Notes: generated from the sequence alone by a model not told the origin. A stretch of DNA of 59,162 nucleotides from Anaerolineales bacterium (GCA_041573795.1 JBFFQB010000003.1:1-59162); one strand, 5' to 3'. Counted from the stretch's first letter, positions 19,660 through 28,666 are shown. Translations and numbers: made by a program.

Positions 19660-20265
19660 TCAGGGCCAAGGGTTGTAAAAATCTTGCGGGAGCGTCGGGT
19701 CCTTGGGATCGAGATAGCCTGCTTCCCATATCGTTTGCGCCAGCGCTTTACCAACAAAACGGATATGCCAGGGTTCATGGATGTATTCTGTGATGTGAGG
19801 CAGCCAGCGGTTGTGGTGAGGCCATTCTGGGATTTCTTTATATGGATAGCTGATCACAAATCCGAAGAGATGTGCGTTTCCCTCAAGCCAATCGAAAAGT
19901 TTGAGATTGCGTCGATCGAGTGATTCCACCGACAATCCTGGCCAAGCTACATCGAAAGTAGTCCCTAATTGGTGTTCACTATGACCCGGCTCTGCGCTAT
20001 ATGATCGAAAGCTATCCGGGAACAAGTGACCTTCCCGCCGGATGACATACGCTTGGTACTTGTAATCCCGATAGCCAGAATTCACCCAAATCAGAATTCC
20101 GTCTTGGTCTGCTGTAAGAATCATTTCATCGAGCGCCGTCCGTGCAATGGCATTCTCACCAGGGGAGTACCAGGAGGGTAGTCCCTGCTCTTTGGTGACA
20201 AGCGTATCAAGGGGTGCACCAAGCAAGAGATGAAGAATAATGTAGAGTTCAACAATCAAGTTCAT
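19660..20265 (-). CDS. D-alanyl-D-alanine carboxypeptidase family protein (peptidase M15B, VanY-like)
   Basis: SGYRDYKYQ, GHSEHQLGTTFD and EPWHIRFVG motifs. Confidence 0.85.
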   Translation of the reverse strand: MNLIVELYIILHLLLGAPLDTLVTKEQGLPSWYSPGENAIARTALDEMILTADQDGILIWVNSGYRDYKYQAYVIRREGHLFPDSFRSYSAEPGHSEHQLGTTFDVAWPGLSVESLDRRNLKLFDWLEGNAHLFGFVISYPYKEIPEWPHHNRWLPHITEYIHEPWHIRFVGKALAQTIWEAGYLDPKDPTLPQDFYNPWP

Positions 20266-20430
20266 AGGCGCGGTTTCTTCCGAGCTTGAGTGTACCTTTC
20301 GTGCCGATCTCTGCCAAGGTAACGCGCTAATCTATGCCCTAAATCCTGTAAGGTGCCTGTAATTAACTGGCGTTGAAGGTCATGCTAGGATGGTTTGAGC
20401 AAGAGATAACTAAGGAGACACATTGATTTC

Positions 20431-20649
20431 ATGACACCAATCAAGTATCCATCCGTTCAAGAAGCTCTCGATACAGCCATCCAGGCCGTCGAAGGGGGGG
20501 ACTTTCAGCGTGGAGAAGCGGCGCTAAGCTGGGTTCTTCAGAAGGATCCTGATAATGCAGTCGCCTGGATATGGTTAGCCTGTTGCGCGCCTGATGATAG
20601 TGCACGCGATGCTTGCTATCGGCGCGTGTCGGCGATCCAGGGGGGATAA
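20431..20649 (+). CDS. Small TPR-like protein
   Basis: 72 aa with a single TPR-like helix pair (DFQRGEAALSWVLQKDPDNAVAWIWLA). AAGGAGA lies upstream. It sits 40 nt ahead of a receiver gene. Confidence 0.5.
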   Translation: MTPIKYPSVQEALDTAIQAVEGGDFQRGEAALSWVLQKDPDNAVAWIWLACCAPDDSARDACYRRVSAIQGG

Positions 20650-20689
20650 ACGCCTCGCACGATAGGACTGAAGCGAGAGCGATTTTCTG

Positions 20690-21076
20690 ATGTCAAATCC
20701 AATCATAGTTGTAATCGATGATGAGCAGTCATTCTGTGACGTTGTAGCCGAAATCCTGCGCTCCTTTGGCTTCGAAGTCCACACTGCCTACAGTGTTGAG
20801 GGCGCCATTCCAATCTTAGAGAAATACATACCCTCCGCAATTCTGCTCGATATCATGATGCCAGGCATAGATGGCCTGACCTTCATTCAGCATCTCCGTA
20901 CTCGACCCCGCTTTGCCGACCTTCCCATCATCATTTCCAGCGCCAAATACATGGCCAAGGATCAATCTGCAGCGTTGAATGCAGGTGCAGATCTTTTCCT
21001 GCCCAAGCCATTCTCTGCCAGCGATTTAAGACAGGCGATTGAAACGGTACTTAATAAGGAAAGCGTCAAAGGGTAG
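20690..21076 (+). CDS. Stand-alone response regulator receiver protein
   Basis: 128 aa. IIVVIDDE, AILLDIMMPGIDG, IIISSAK and KPF receiver motifs. Confidence 0.9.
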   Translation: MSNPIIVVIDDEQSFCDVVAEILRSFGFEVHTAYSVEGAIPILEKYIPSAILLDIMMPGIDGLTFIQHLRTRPRFADLPIIISSAKYMAKDQSAALNAGADLFLPKPFSASDLRQAIETVLNKESVKG

Positions 21077-21380
21077 ATTACTGAATCCGTCACAAGTTCC
21101 CCTGTAATTACGTAGTTCTATCTTCTCATCCTTTCATTCAAAAGACATTGGGAGCGCTGCCCTTACATTTCTGCTTAACGGAGCGCATCCTTCCTGCTGC
21201 TTCAAGCCCTGCATTCCAGCTTGCCCTATCGCAGCACAATCGCGGCTATGCTCAAATAATCGATGAAACGTGCCAAAATTTCTAGTATTTCAATCCGGGA
21301 TCCATAAGAATAGCGCCCACTTCTATTAGTAAGGTTTCGGTAATGCGTGAAATGAAGGGTAGGCGCAACGTTTTAGTCCG

Positions 21381-21605
21381 ATGCCAGAAAAGGCGATCAA
21401 CGCGCTGTCCCGTCGGGGTTTCTTGTTCATGAGTTTGCTCAGTTCAAGCGGATTTGGGCTGGCATTCTCAGGTTGTTCATTGGCAAGTCTCAACCCCGAC
21501 GACTTGAACGGTCGTGCTGCTATCATCAACGACTGGCTTGATGCTGCCAACAAGTTACAGTTCAACGTGGTCCAGTCAGGTCACTTGCGTTGGTCCACAT
21601 CTTAG
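21381..21605 (+). pseudogene. Orphan Tat-signal/lipobox ORF (74 aa), possibly the remnant of a decayed exported-protein gene
   Basis: Reads LSRRGFLFMSLLSSSGFGLAFSGC: a twin-arginine motif, an h-region and a lipobox. Only about 40 residues follow. There is no SD, and all frames downstream are full of stops. Confidence 0.3.
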
Positions 21606-21871
21606 AAAATGGGAAAATTTCCTATTCGGTTGAGTACTTCTCCCATGCAAAGTTGAACCAGGAATGAGATCTGCATCGTAGATTTGACCCCCAGGTGGAT
21701 TTGCCTGGGCGGTTGGCAGCATAGATCGACTACCGGGGCGATAGTGCTACTACCAACAAGACCACCGCTTTTTAATGAAAACCCTATAACGAATATGGTC
21801 GGTAATTTCGAAGGTTAGGTTTAAAAACGATACATCTCAAAATTTCCTTATAAAGCTCGCCCAACATCTAA

Positions 21872-21894
21872 AACCGCTCGAATATCGAGCGGTT
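21872..21894. terminator. Perfect 9-bp hairpin (AACCGCTCG-AATAT-CGAGCGGTT), terminator-like on both strands
   Basis: Seen directly in the sequence. On the minus strand the stem is followed by TTTTAG; on the plus strand by CTT. No annotated gene ends here. Confidence 0.4.
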
Positions 21895-22332
21895 CTTACG
21901 ATACTCCCTCGTCGACCTTCTGAGAACGACCGGCTTTCAACCCTACGCCTGCGATTATTAGCATAGTTCAATTTCAATCATTGTATGAGATACCCCTGAG
22001 AGCGTAGAGAAAAGTGGCGTCACCTAGGTCTGGGTAATGAATAGATCGTTGTAGTGCGCAGGGTCAAGCACCGCACAGGAAAGATAAGGAGAATTTCTCT
22101 AGCCAAAGCCTATGCTCAGCACATCCCCGGCTAGCTCCTGGATAGATGGATGCTCTTTTAAAGGACCTTCTGACGGATAGCCCCTGATGGAATTTTCAAA
22201 AAGATAGAGGCCGGACTTCTTACAAGATTTCTGCGTTTTGACCGTTTCTTCCTCCGGCCTTGTCGTAACTTTCAATAATCAACGGGGTTTGTGATTTCAA
22301 TTACTTGCCGTTTTTATTAAGGAGGAGCCGTT

Positions 22333-22899
22333 ATGCAAGAAGATAGAGTTACCAGCGAAAGGAAGCCATTGCTTTCTGCAAGGCAAGTGGGGGTTGCCGC
22401 TGCTTTCGGCGGTGTTGCCTTGGCCCTTGTCCTGGCAGGGGTGACCATACCAATTCCAGGTACACCAGTCGTTACCGACCCCCGCGAGATCTTCACAACG
22501 ATTGGTGCCTCCCTTACCGGCCCTGTTGGCGGTATCGTCATCGGTCTTCTCGCAGGTATCGCGGAGCCAGGAATTCCCTTGGCTAGTCTGCTGGCCCACG
22601 TGGTCGGCGGCCTCTACAGTGGCTACGTCTATAAGAACTTCGCATGGAAATCCAAGGATAACCGTGTGGTGTATCTTGGCAAATGGGCGGTGCAGGTCCT
22701 GGGTTATTACTTCGTCGTTGTCGTACCACTCTTTGTAGTGGGCTTGATGATGTTCTACCCGGATCCAGAATACGGCGGGTTCTTTGGATTCCTGACCGTG
22801 CTGGAATCTGGAGCAGCCCCAGAGGCGATCATCACAACTGTTGTGACCACAGTTATTATGGCTGCTTTACCTGAGCGGTATCGCCGGCCTTTGTGGTAA
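22333..22899 (+). CDS. Small polytopic membrane protein, putative substrate-capture (S-like) component of the downstream ECF-type transporter
   Basis: 188 aa with about 5-6 TM helices and a strong SD (AAGGAGGA). It is the first gene of the operon with the fused ECF ATPase and the T component. The motif TDPREIFTTIGASLTGPVGG is atypical for the S components I know. Confidence 0.65.
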   Translation: MQEDRVTSERKPLLSARQVGVAAAFGGVALALVLAGVTIPIPGTPVVTDPREIFTTIGASLTGPVGGIVIGLLAGIAEPGIPLASLLAHVVGGLYSGYVYKNFAWKSKDNRVVYLGKWAVQVLGYYFVVVVPLFVVGLMMFYPDPEYGGFFGFLTVLESGAAPEAIITTVVTTVIMAALPERYRRPLW

Positions 22900-22933
22900 G
22901 AAATAATTCATAGATAGACGATAAAAACATGAT

Positions 22934-22966
22934 CCAAGTCACAATCTGATTTTGATTGTGACTTGG
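22934..22966 (+). promoter_or_regulatory. Intercistronic perfect 13-bp stem-loop between the S-like gene and the ATPase gene
   Basis: CCAAGTCACAATC-TGATTTT-GATTGTGACTTGG read directly from the sequence. It covers the TTG at 22963. Confidence 0.6.
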
Positions 22967-22989
22967 ATTCAACATGCCATCAAGCATTC

Positions 22990-24711
22990 ATGTCTGTTGA
23001 TATCAACTTCCAAAATGTAACCTTCACCTATGAAGGGGCGCAACTACCTGCCGTAAAGGATGTCGACCTCACCGTCACGGAGGGAGAGATCATCCTCATT
23101 ACCGGTCCTGCCGGGAGTGGCAAGACGACCCTGTGTAGCTGCATCAATGGATTGGTCCCTCATTTCCATGAGGGAGAACTTCAAGGCGATGTCTTTGTTA
23201 GAAAATATAACACCCGCACATCGCGCGTCGGCGGATTGGCATCCATCGTGGGAATGGTCTTCCAGGACCCTGAGAGCCAATTGGTCACCAATAGCGTTGC
23301 CGATGAAGTTGCGTTTGGCCCTGAAAATTTCGGCGTTCCCCGAGAAGAGATTAATCAACGAGTTACACAAGCCCTGCTTGCCACGCGGCTGGAGGGCTAC
23401 GATGAGCGCGAGCCGCACACGCTTTCCGGAGGGGAACAACAAGCTTGTGTGATCGCTGCCGTCTATGCCATGCAGCCAGAAATATATGTGATGGATGAGC
23501 CGCTCGCTAATCTCGATCCTGAGGGCAAGGCGCAGGTTCTACGTGTGGTTGTGGAAATCGCCAAAGAACGCGGAAAAACGCTCATCCTGGTGGAACATGC
23601 CCTGGAAGAGGTCCTGCCCCTGGTGGAAAGAGTGATCGTGATGAATAAAGGGGAGATCGTGCGAGATGGGCCGGTGGAAGAAATTCTTGAAGCTGGTGAT
23701 ATTCCTTTTGTCTTTACACGCCCACCTGTCGTGAGACTCGGGGAGAAATTCGGACTCAAGCCGCTGCCTATCTCTTCTGCGGAATTTTATGCTCAATTTC
23801 AAAGCCGCTATGCGGCCGAAATATCACCCTTTGAAGTCCGAGAGAAAGAGCCGATACCCGAAGGTGAGCAAGTCATCAAGATAGAGGGCATCTCTTTTTC
23901 TTACGATAAGAGCGCGAATCACAAAGGAGAAGTATTGAAGGATATCAGCCTCTCGATTGCCGCTGGAGAGATGGTGGCTATCTTGGGCCGCAATGGATCT
24001 GGGAAGACAACCCTGATTCGCCATATCATCGGACTGCTTCAGCCGCATAAGGGAAATGTTGTTGTGCTCAACAAGGACGTGGCGCAAACACCTACCTATG
24101 AGCTAGCGAAGAATATTGGCTTTTGTTTTCAAAATCCCAGCCACCAGATCGTTTCTTTCAACGTGCGAGATGAAATTATCTTTGGGCTTAAAGCCCATGG
24201 CATCAAACCGGAAGAGTATGAATCCCGGATTCGAGAGTCCCTGGAATTCGTAAACATGCTTGATTACATCGATGCGGAGGTCTTCGACCTTGGAAAAGGT
24301 CAAAAACAACGTATTGCCTTAGCCTCAGTCCTCTCTCTGAGACCTGAGATCCTGATCGTCGATGAGCCGACAACAGGGCAGGACCCACGCATGGCCCAGG
24401 AGATCTTTGAAATCCTTCAACGCTTGAATGAGGCTGGCACAACCGTACTCATTATTACCCACCAGATTGATTACGCTGCGGCGTACGCAAGACGCGCCAT
24501 TGTACTGAGCGAGGGCAGCATACTTTATGATGGGAGCATACCTGAGCTGCTGATGAAAAAGGAATTAATGCAGGCCTCAGCATTGGAAATGCCAGAAACA
24601 ACCAAGCTGGCGTCGTTGCTAAGCCCCCATGGCGTCCCACCATGGTTGGTGACACTCCAAGAGTTAGATCAAGCAATCAGCAAATTGGTGGTAGCTGCCA
24701 ATGGCAATTGA
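22990..24711 (+). CDS. ECF-type transporter ATPase, duplicated (fused EcfA-EcfA')
   Basis: Two full ABC cassettes: GPAGSGKTT with LSGGEQQ, and GRNGSGKTT with GKGQKQR, each with Walker B (MDEP, VDEP). I preferred the ATG at 22990 over the TTG at 22963, which lies inside the hairpin. Confidence 0.92.
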   Translation: MSVDINFQNVTFTYEGAQLPAVKDVDLTVTEGEIILITGPAGSGKTTLCSCINGLVPHFHEGELQGDVFVRKYNTRTSRVGGLASIVGMVFQDPESQLVTNSVADEVAFGPENFGVPREEINQRVTQALLATRLEGYDEREPHTLSGGEQQACVIAAVYAMQPEIYVMDEPLANLDPEGKAQVLRVVVEIAKERGKTLILVEHALEEVLPLVERVIVMNKGEIVRDGPVEEILEAGDIPFVFTRPPVVRLGEKFGLKPLPISSAEFYAQFQSRYAAEISPFEVREKEPIPEGEQVIKIEGISFSYDKSANHKGEVLKDISLSIAAGEMVAILGRNGSGKTTLIRHIIGLLQPHKGNVVVLNKDVAQTPTYELAKNIGFCFQNPSHQIVSFNVRDEIIFGLKAHGIKPEEYESRIRESLEFVNMLDYIDAEVFDLGKGQKQRIALASVLSLRPEILIVDEPTTGQDPRMAQEIFEILQRLNEAGTTVLIITHQIDYAAAYARRAIVLSEGSILYDGSIPELLMKKELMQASALEMPETTKLASLLSPHGVPPWLVTLQELDQAISKLVVAANGN

Positions 24712-25717
24712 GTATCGAAAAGGAAGCTCATTCTTACACCGGCTCGATGCCCGCACGAAGATTTTAATGTTCGCGCTGGCAACGGTCGTCGCCGTCGTGA
24801 TCATCGATCCGGTGATCATGGGTATCCTCTTCCTGCTTTTGTACTGGATTGGGTCCAGGGCAGTCGAGCGAGATTACTTGAATAAGAATCTACGGGTGCT
24901 GGTTGTCATATTCCTGACGTTTTCAATGTTCCAGATCCTATTTTTCACACCCGACGACTCCTATTTCTTATTTTATTTGGTGCCTGGAAAAGAATGGGTT
25001 GCGGTGACCGTGGAGGGGATCATCCGTGGCGTTGCGGTATTCTTCCGATTCTTCAGCGTTGTATTATCCGTACACCTGATGCTCTACTCGACCCCGCCGG
25101 TGGATCTGGTTCTAGCCTTTACCAGGCGAACGAAGACCCGGGAAGTCCTCAGTGAAGTAGGCACTGTTCTTTTGGTTGGCCTGCTCTTCACCATCGTGGC
25201 ATTGCTCTCATGGCCCGAGGAAATATCAAACCTGCCCTTAGCCTCCGGGTTAAGAGTAGCTGTAGTTGGGCTCACTGCATTGCTTACAGCCCTGGTGCTT
25301 CAGCGGGTTGGCGCCCGCGGTCTACCCCCTGAAATGGGGGTTGCATTGACGCTTGGATTCGCCACGGTCGGGATCCTTTCCCAACAAACCCAAAAGATCA
25401 CCGACGCGCAGAAGGCACGGGGTTATGATGTTCAGCCAAAGAATTTGATTCAACGTGTACAAGTCCTGACGGCACTGCTGATTCCGATCTTTCTGGCTAC
25501 CCTGGAGCGCTCACAGGATATATCGATTGCAATCCTGGCACGCGGGTTTGATTACAACATCGCCGAAAGGACCTACCGCCGCCAACTCCGATTTACGCGT
25601 GAAGACTACTTCTTCATCACGCTCATGATCGCTCTCCTGCTTGCCGGCATCACGCTCAACTACCTGGGGATCGGCAATCTCACGGAACAACTGATCCTCA
25701 GATTAATCGCTGGATAA
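24701..25717 (+). CDS. ECF transporter transmembrane (T, CbiQ-family) component
   Basis: N-terminus SFLHRLDARTKIL, the ARG motif region QKARGYD, and polytopic topology. It overlaps the ATPase gene by 11 nt. Confidence 0.85.
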   Translation: MAIEYRKGSSFLHRLDARTKILMFALATVVAVVIIDPVIMGILFLLLYWIGSRAVERDYLNKNLRVLVVIFLTFSMFQILFFTPDDSYFLFYLVPGKEWVAVTVEGIIRGVAVFFRFFSVVLSVHLMLYSTPPVDLVLAFTRRTKTREVLSEVGTVLLVGLLFTIVALLSWPEEISNLPLASGLRVAVVGLTALLTALVLQRVGARGLPPEMGVALTLGFATVGILSQQTQKITDAQKARGYDVQPKNLIQRVQVLTALLIPIFLATLERSQDISIAILARGFDYNIAERTYRRQLRFTREDYFFITLMIALLLAGITLNYLGIGNLTEQLILRLIAG

Positions 25718-25743
25718 ATTCCTTAAGAGAGAGGAGTTCAACA

Positions 25744-26670
25744 ATGACGGAACATTTCTTGGATGGCAGTGAGACGCAGCCGTTTTGGGACAATTCGGTC
25801 GAACCGCGCCTGGAAATTGAACCTGGAGACACGGTGGTATTCGATTGTCCGGAGCCTTGCGGCCAGGTCACCCCGCAATGGGGGGATGACGATCTCGCCA
25901 ACATCGATTTCGCACCGATCCACGCGCTGGTTGGATCGGTGTATGTCAAAGGCGCCAGCCCGGGTGATTCACTCGAGGTCGAAGTTCTCGAGATGAAACA
26001 TAAGGGCTGGGGATGGAGCGGCCATTTGAAAGGTTTTGGATTGCTGGCCGAAGATTTCGATTATGCCTACATTCATCATTGGGTCCTGGAGGGCGAGCGT
26101 TGTGAATTCGGTGTGAAGGATATCGTACTTCCCTTCCAACCTTTTTGTGGGACGATGGGCGTGGCTCCAGCAGAAGATGGGCGTATCGACACCATCCCAC
26201 CCCGCCAGAATGGCGGCAACGTCGATATCCGCGACCTCGGACCAGGTTCGAAGGTATGGCTGCCAGTCTTCGTCGATGGCGCATTATTTGCCTGCGGTGA
26301 TTGCCACAGCGCGCAGGGAGACGGGGAGCTCTGTGGGACAGGCGTAGAATCCCCGATGGAGGTCACGCTGCGCTTTGGTGTCCGTAAGGATTTTTCCGTG
26401 AAGGAGCTGCAGTTTCAAACCCCCAGTCCCCTCACAACGCTGGATAAGGCAGGCTTTCACGCAACGACAGCCCATGGCCCGGATCTGTTGGAGAATGCCA
26501 AGAACGCCACCCGCTACATGATCGACTGGTTGGTCGAGACTCAGGGGTTGAGCCGCAGCGAAGCCTATGTACTCTGCAGCGAAGCCGCAGACCTGAAGAT
26601 CAGTGAGATCGTGGATGTGCCCAATTTCATCGTATCGGCCTACATGCCGCTAAGCATCTTCAAATCGTAG
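25744..26670 (+). CDS. Acetamidase/formamidase family amidohydrolase
   Basis: GGNVDIRDLGPGSKVWLPVFVDGALFACGDCHSAQGDGE is the FmdA/AmdA family signature region. It starts 26 nt after the T component, with an SD present. Confidence 0.9.
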   Translation: MTEHFLDGSETQPFWDNSVEPRLEIEPGDTVVFDCPEPCGQVTPQWGDDDLANIDFAPIHALVGSVYVKGASPGDSLEVEVLEMKHKGWGWSGHLKGFGLLAEDFDYAYIHHWVLEGERCEFGVKDIVLPFQPFCGTMGVAPAEDGRIDTIPPRQNGGNVDIRDLGPGSKVWLPVFVDGALFACGDCHSAQGDGELCGTGVESPMEVTLRFGVRKDFSVKELQFQTPSPLTTLDKAGFHATTAHGPDLLENAKNATRYMIDWLVETQGLSRSEAYVLCSEAADLKISEIVDVPNFIVSAYMPLSIFKS

Positions 26671-26685
26671 TTTTGCTGGGCAAGG

Positions 26686-26726
26686 ATAAAAAAGGAAGAA
26701 CCGAGCTCCAAGGGTTCGGTTCTTCC
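26686..26726. terminator. Bidirectional rho-independent terminator (11-bp perfect stem)
   Basis: GGAAGAACCGA...TCGGTTCTTCC, flanked by an A-run upstream on the plus strand, which gives a TTTTTTAT tail on the minus strand. It lies between the convergent amidase gene and tRNA-Lys. Confidence 0.7.
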
Positions 26727-26845
26727 ACGTTAATTCCACTTGTGCCCGTTCACAATCAATACAGTTATGAACTTCTCGCTAGTCAGAAACCATGGGGGAA
26801 CAAAAACCGCTTAACACGTTTGTTAAGCGGTTCGGATGAAATTGA

Positions 26846-26919
26846 TGACCCCGGAAGGACTCGAACCTTCAACCAATTGATTAAGAGTCAACTGCTCTGC
26901 CAAATTGAGCTACGGGGCC
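26846..26919 (-). tRNA. tRNA-Lys (anticodon CTT)
   Basis: Manual cloverleaf: acceptor GGCCCCG/CGGGGTC, D arm GCTC-AATTTGGCA-GAGC, anticodon arm GTTGA-CTCTTAA-TCAAT, T arm GAAGG-TTCGAGT-CCTTC. Confidence 0.95.
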
Positions 26920-27008
26920 AGCGAAAATTATTATACCAAGTCGAGACAGGTGGTCAATTAACAGGTGATTCTCTTTCAACAAGGGGAATCCTATCGCTCA
27001 ATTCGCAT

Positions 27009-28382
27009 TTATTCACTGAGACTATCAGGTTCTGGTAAGCCTTGATCAGTCTTGGTAAGCATGCCGGCTCTGCCCGATGCCTCCCACGCCACACCTGCTA
27101 TAACGGCTAAGAACGGCTCCACAGGAACCCTGAATCTGGCTTGACCAGCCGCGCCACTAACAATCACCATACTAACAGCAGAAATCGCGCAGATCAGGAT
27201 GAGGATCCTTCCTTCAGGCCCTGTGCTCTTGATCTTTACTACGCCTACAATTGAAAGAATAATCAGGATCAAAGTATGCAGGACACTGAGGATGTAAATG
27301 CTTAGTAGAACTAATTCCGAAGGTGTCCTGAGGGTTTCAATTACGTTTTGCATTGCAGCAGCCCAATCTGCTTGACGCAGATAACGAAATACCCCAAAAC
27401 CGAACCATTCTTGAACACCCATTACAGTTGCCCAGCGTGTGATCTCTATTCCCCAGATCACGCGACCGATTCCGGCGAATTGGCTTTTTACGAATTGAAC
27501 CGGGTAATTTTGGAGGATCCAGCGAAACTGATTAAGAGTGCCGCCCAATTCACCGAGTTGATAGGTCGCATCGTTGCGACTGATGCCTTTAGCTTCGGAT
27601 AAGACAATCGCAAAATTGAATGATTCCAAGGTGTGTTCGCCAATATCCGAAACGACGAATGAATTGTGTACAAGCGCATTTCGTGCCATCCACGGCAGGA
27701 TGATGGAAATGCACCCAATAAGGAACCAAAACACGGCCGATCTCGTAACCGCACCTGCCATAACTCGACGTGTGAGAATCACGGTCATTACAACCCATAA
27801 GAGAACAAGAATGAGCCCGATCGGTCGTGTCAGGGTTGCGAAACCCAGGATCACGCCAGAAAGAATCAGCTTGGTCTTTGAAGAATTGGGCAGCCCTGAT
27901 AAGAAGAGAACTAGCGCCAGGCTCACCAAAAAGGTGAAGAGGATCTCACTCATAACGGTAAGTGACCACAAGTTAAGATTAGGGCTCAACGCGATTAACC
28001 AGCTTGCAACCAACCCAGCCGTAGGATAGCCCTGGCGCATAAATAGCCACAACATCAGCAAGCTAACCATTGAAACCAGTCCTAACTGCGCAAGGGAGAC
28101 ACCTGGCTGAAGTAGGCCAGCTTTCGTTTGAAAGAGTGATAAGAATGCTGGGTATACCGGTGGACGTCGCAAATCCTCCTCACCTAAAGGATCCTGAAAA
28201 GTACCCACAAATCGAATAATTTCAGAAAGATCTATATAACTTTTCGAGTCGAGAGTTAATCCACCAGAGGGGAACTCTACAGTTAATAAGGCCAATAGTG
28301 ACCGGAACAACAAGAAAGATCCCAGGATAATGAAGGAGATTCGTGGGAGCGCTAGCCTTCGAATTCGTGGGTTCATCATCAT
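27009..28382 (-). CDS. Polytopic membrane glycosyltransferase (GT39/ArnT/PMT_2-like)
   Basis: 457 aa with many TM helices. The N-terminal loop with DLRRPPVYPAFL resembles ArnT-like glycosyl/arabinosyl transferases. The call comes from architecture rather than a strict motif. Confidence 0.6.
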   Translation of the reverse strand: MMMNPRIRRLALPRISFIILGSFLLFRSLLALLTVEFPSGGLTLDSKSYIDLSEIIRFVGTFQDPLGEEDLRRPPVYPAFLSLFQTKAGLLQPGVSLAQLGLVSMVSLLMLWLFMRQGYPTAGLVASWLIALSPNLNLWSLTVMSEILFTFLVSLALVLFLSGLPNSSKTKLILSGVILGFATLTRPIGLILVLLWVVMTVILTRRVMAGAVTRSAVFWFLIGCISIILPWMARNALVHNSFVVSDIGEHTLESFNFAIVLSEAKGISRNDATYQLGELGGTLNQFRWILQNYPVQFVKSQFAGIGRVIWGIEITRWATVMGVQEWFGFGVFRYLRQADWAAAMQNVIETLRTPSELVLLSIYILSVLHTLILIILSIVGVVKIKSTGPEGRILILICAISAVSMVIVSGAAGQARFRVPVEPFLAVIAGVAWEASGRAGMLTKTDQGLPEPDSLSE

Positions 28383-28666
28383 TTAGGTTAACGTAATCGG
28401 CAAAAGATATGTTTGCAGATATCTACTTTTCAAGCTTCTCCACCTTCTATCCTCTACATTTTTTTCCAGAGGATAAGCGTATCACCCTCCAAGCTCCTGA
28501 TCAACGCAATTTCGCCTTCCACAGCGTTGAACAACCAACGAATTCGAATCAGGATTACCCTCAAGTACTGCCTACCTTAGCCTTATTCGCTTGCCAGCAC
28601 AAAAGACCGTTTCTCCCTGCAACAAAGGTATTTTCTTCATACGCTTTACGCCAGCTCCTTGCTACA

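Noticed and set aside
21994-22050. A TPP (THI-box) riboswitch-like string upstream of the ECF operon: CTGAGA ... ACCTAGGTCTGGGTAAT
   Set aside because: The expected GGGG pairing partner 5' of CTGAGA is absent. The P5 closing strand (a CCCAG/GCCAGCG-type complement followed by AGGGA) is also absent. The element lies about 280 nt from the start codon. It looks like a chance partial match, and I could not fit FMN, cobalamin or THF consensus either.
26673-27038. A 121-codon plus-strand ORF
   Set aside because: It runs antisense straight through the terminator hairpin and the tRNA-Lys gene. It is not a protein gene.
28409-28666. An N-terminal 86-codon extension of the thioredoxin-fold protein in the ORF track
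   Set aside because: The composition is unlike a protein (F/S/Y/P/Q-rich, no signal-peptide logic). It lies in the divergent promoter region shared with the glycosyltransferase gene. The conserved redoxin domain begins after the internal ATGs at 28667 and 28676.
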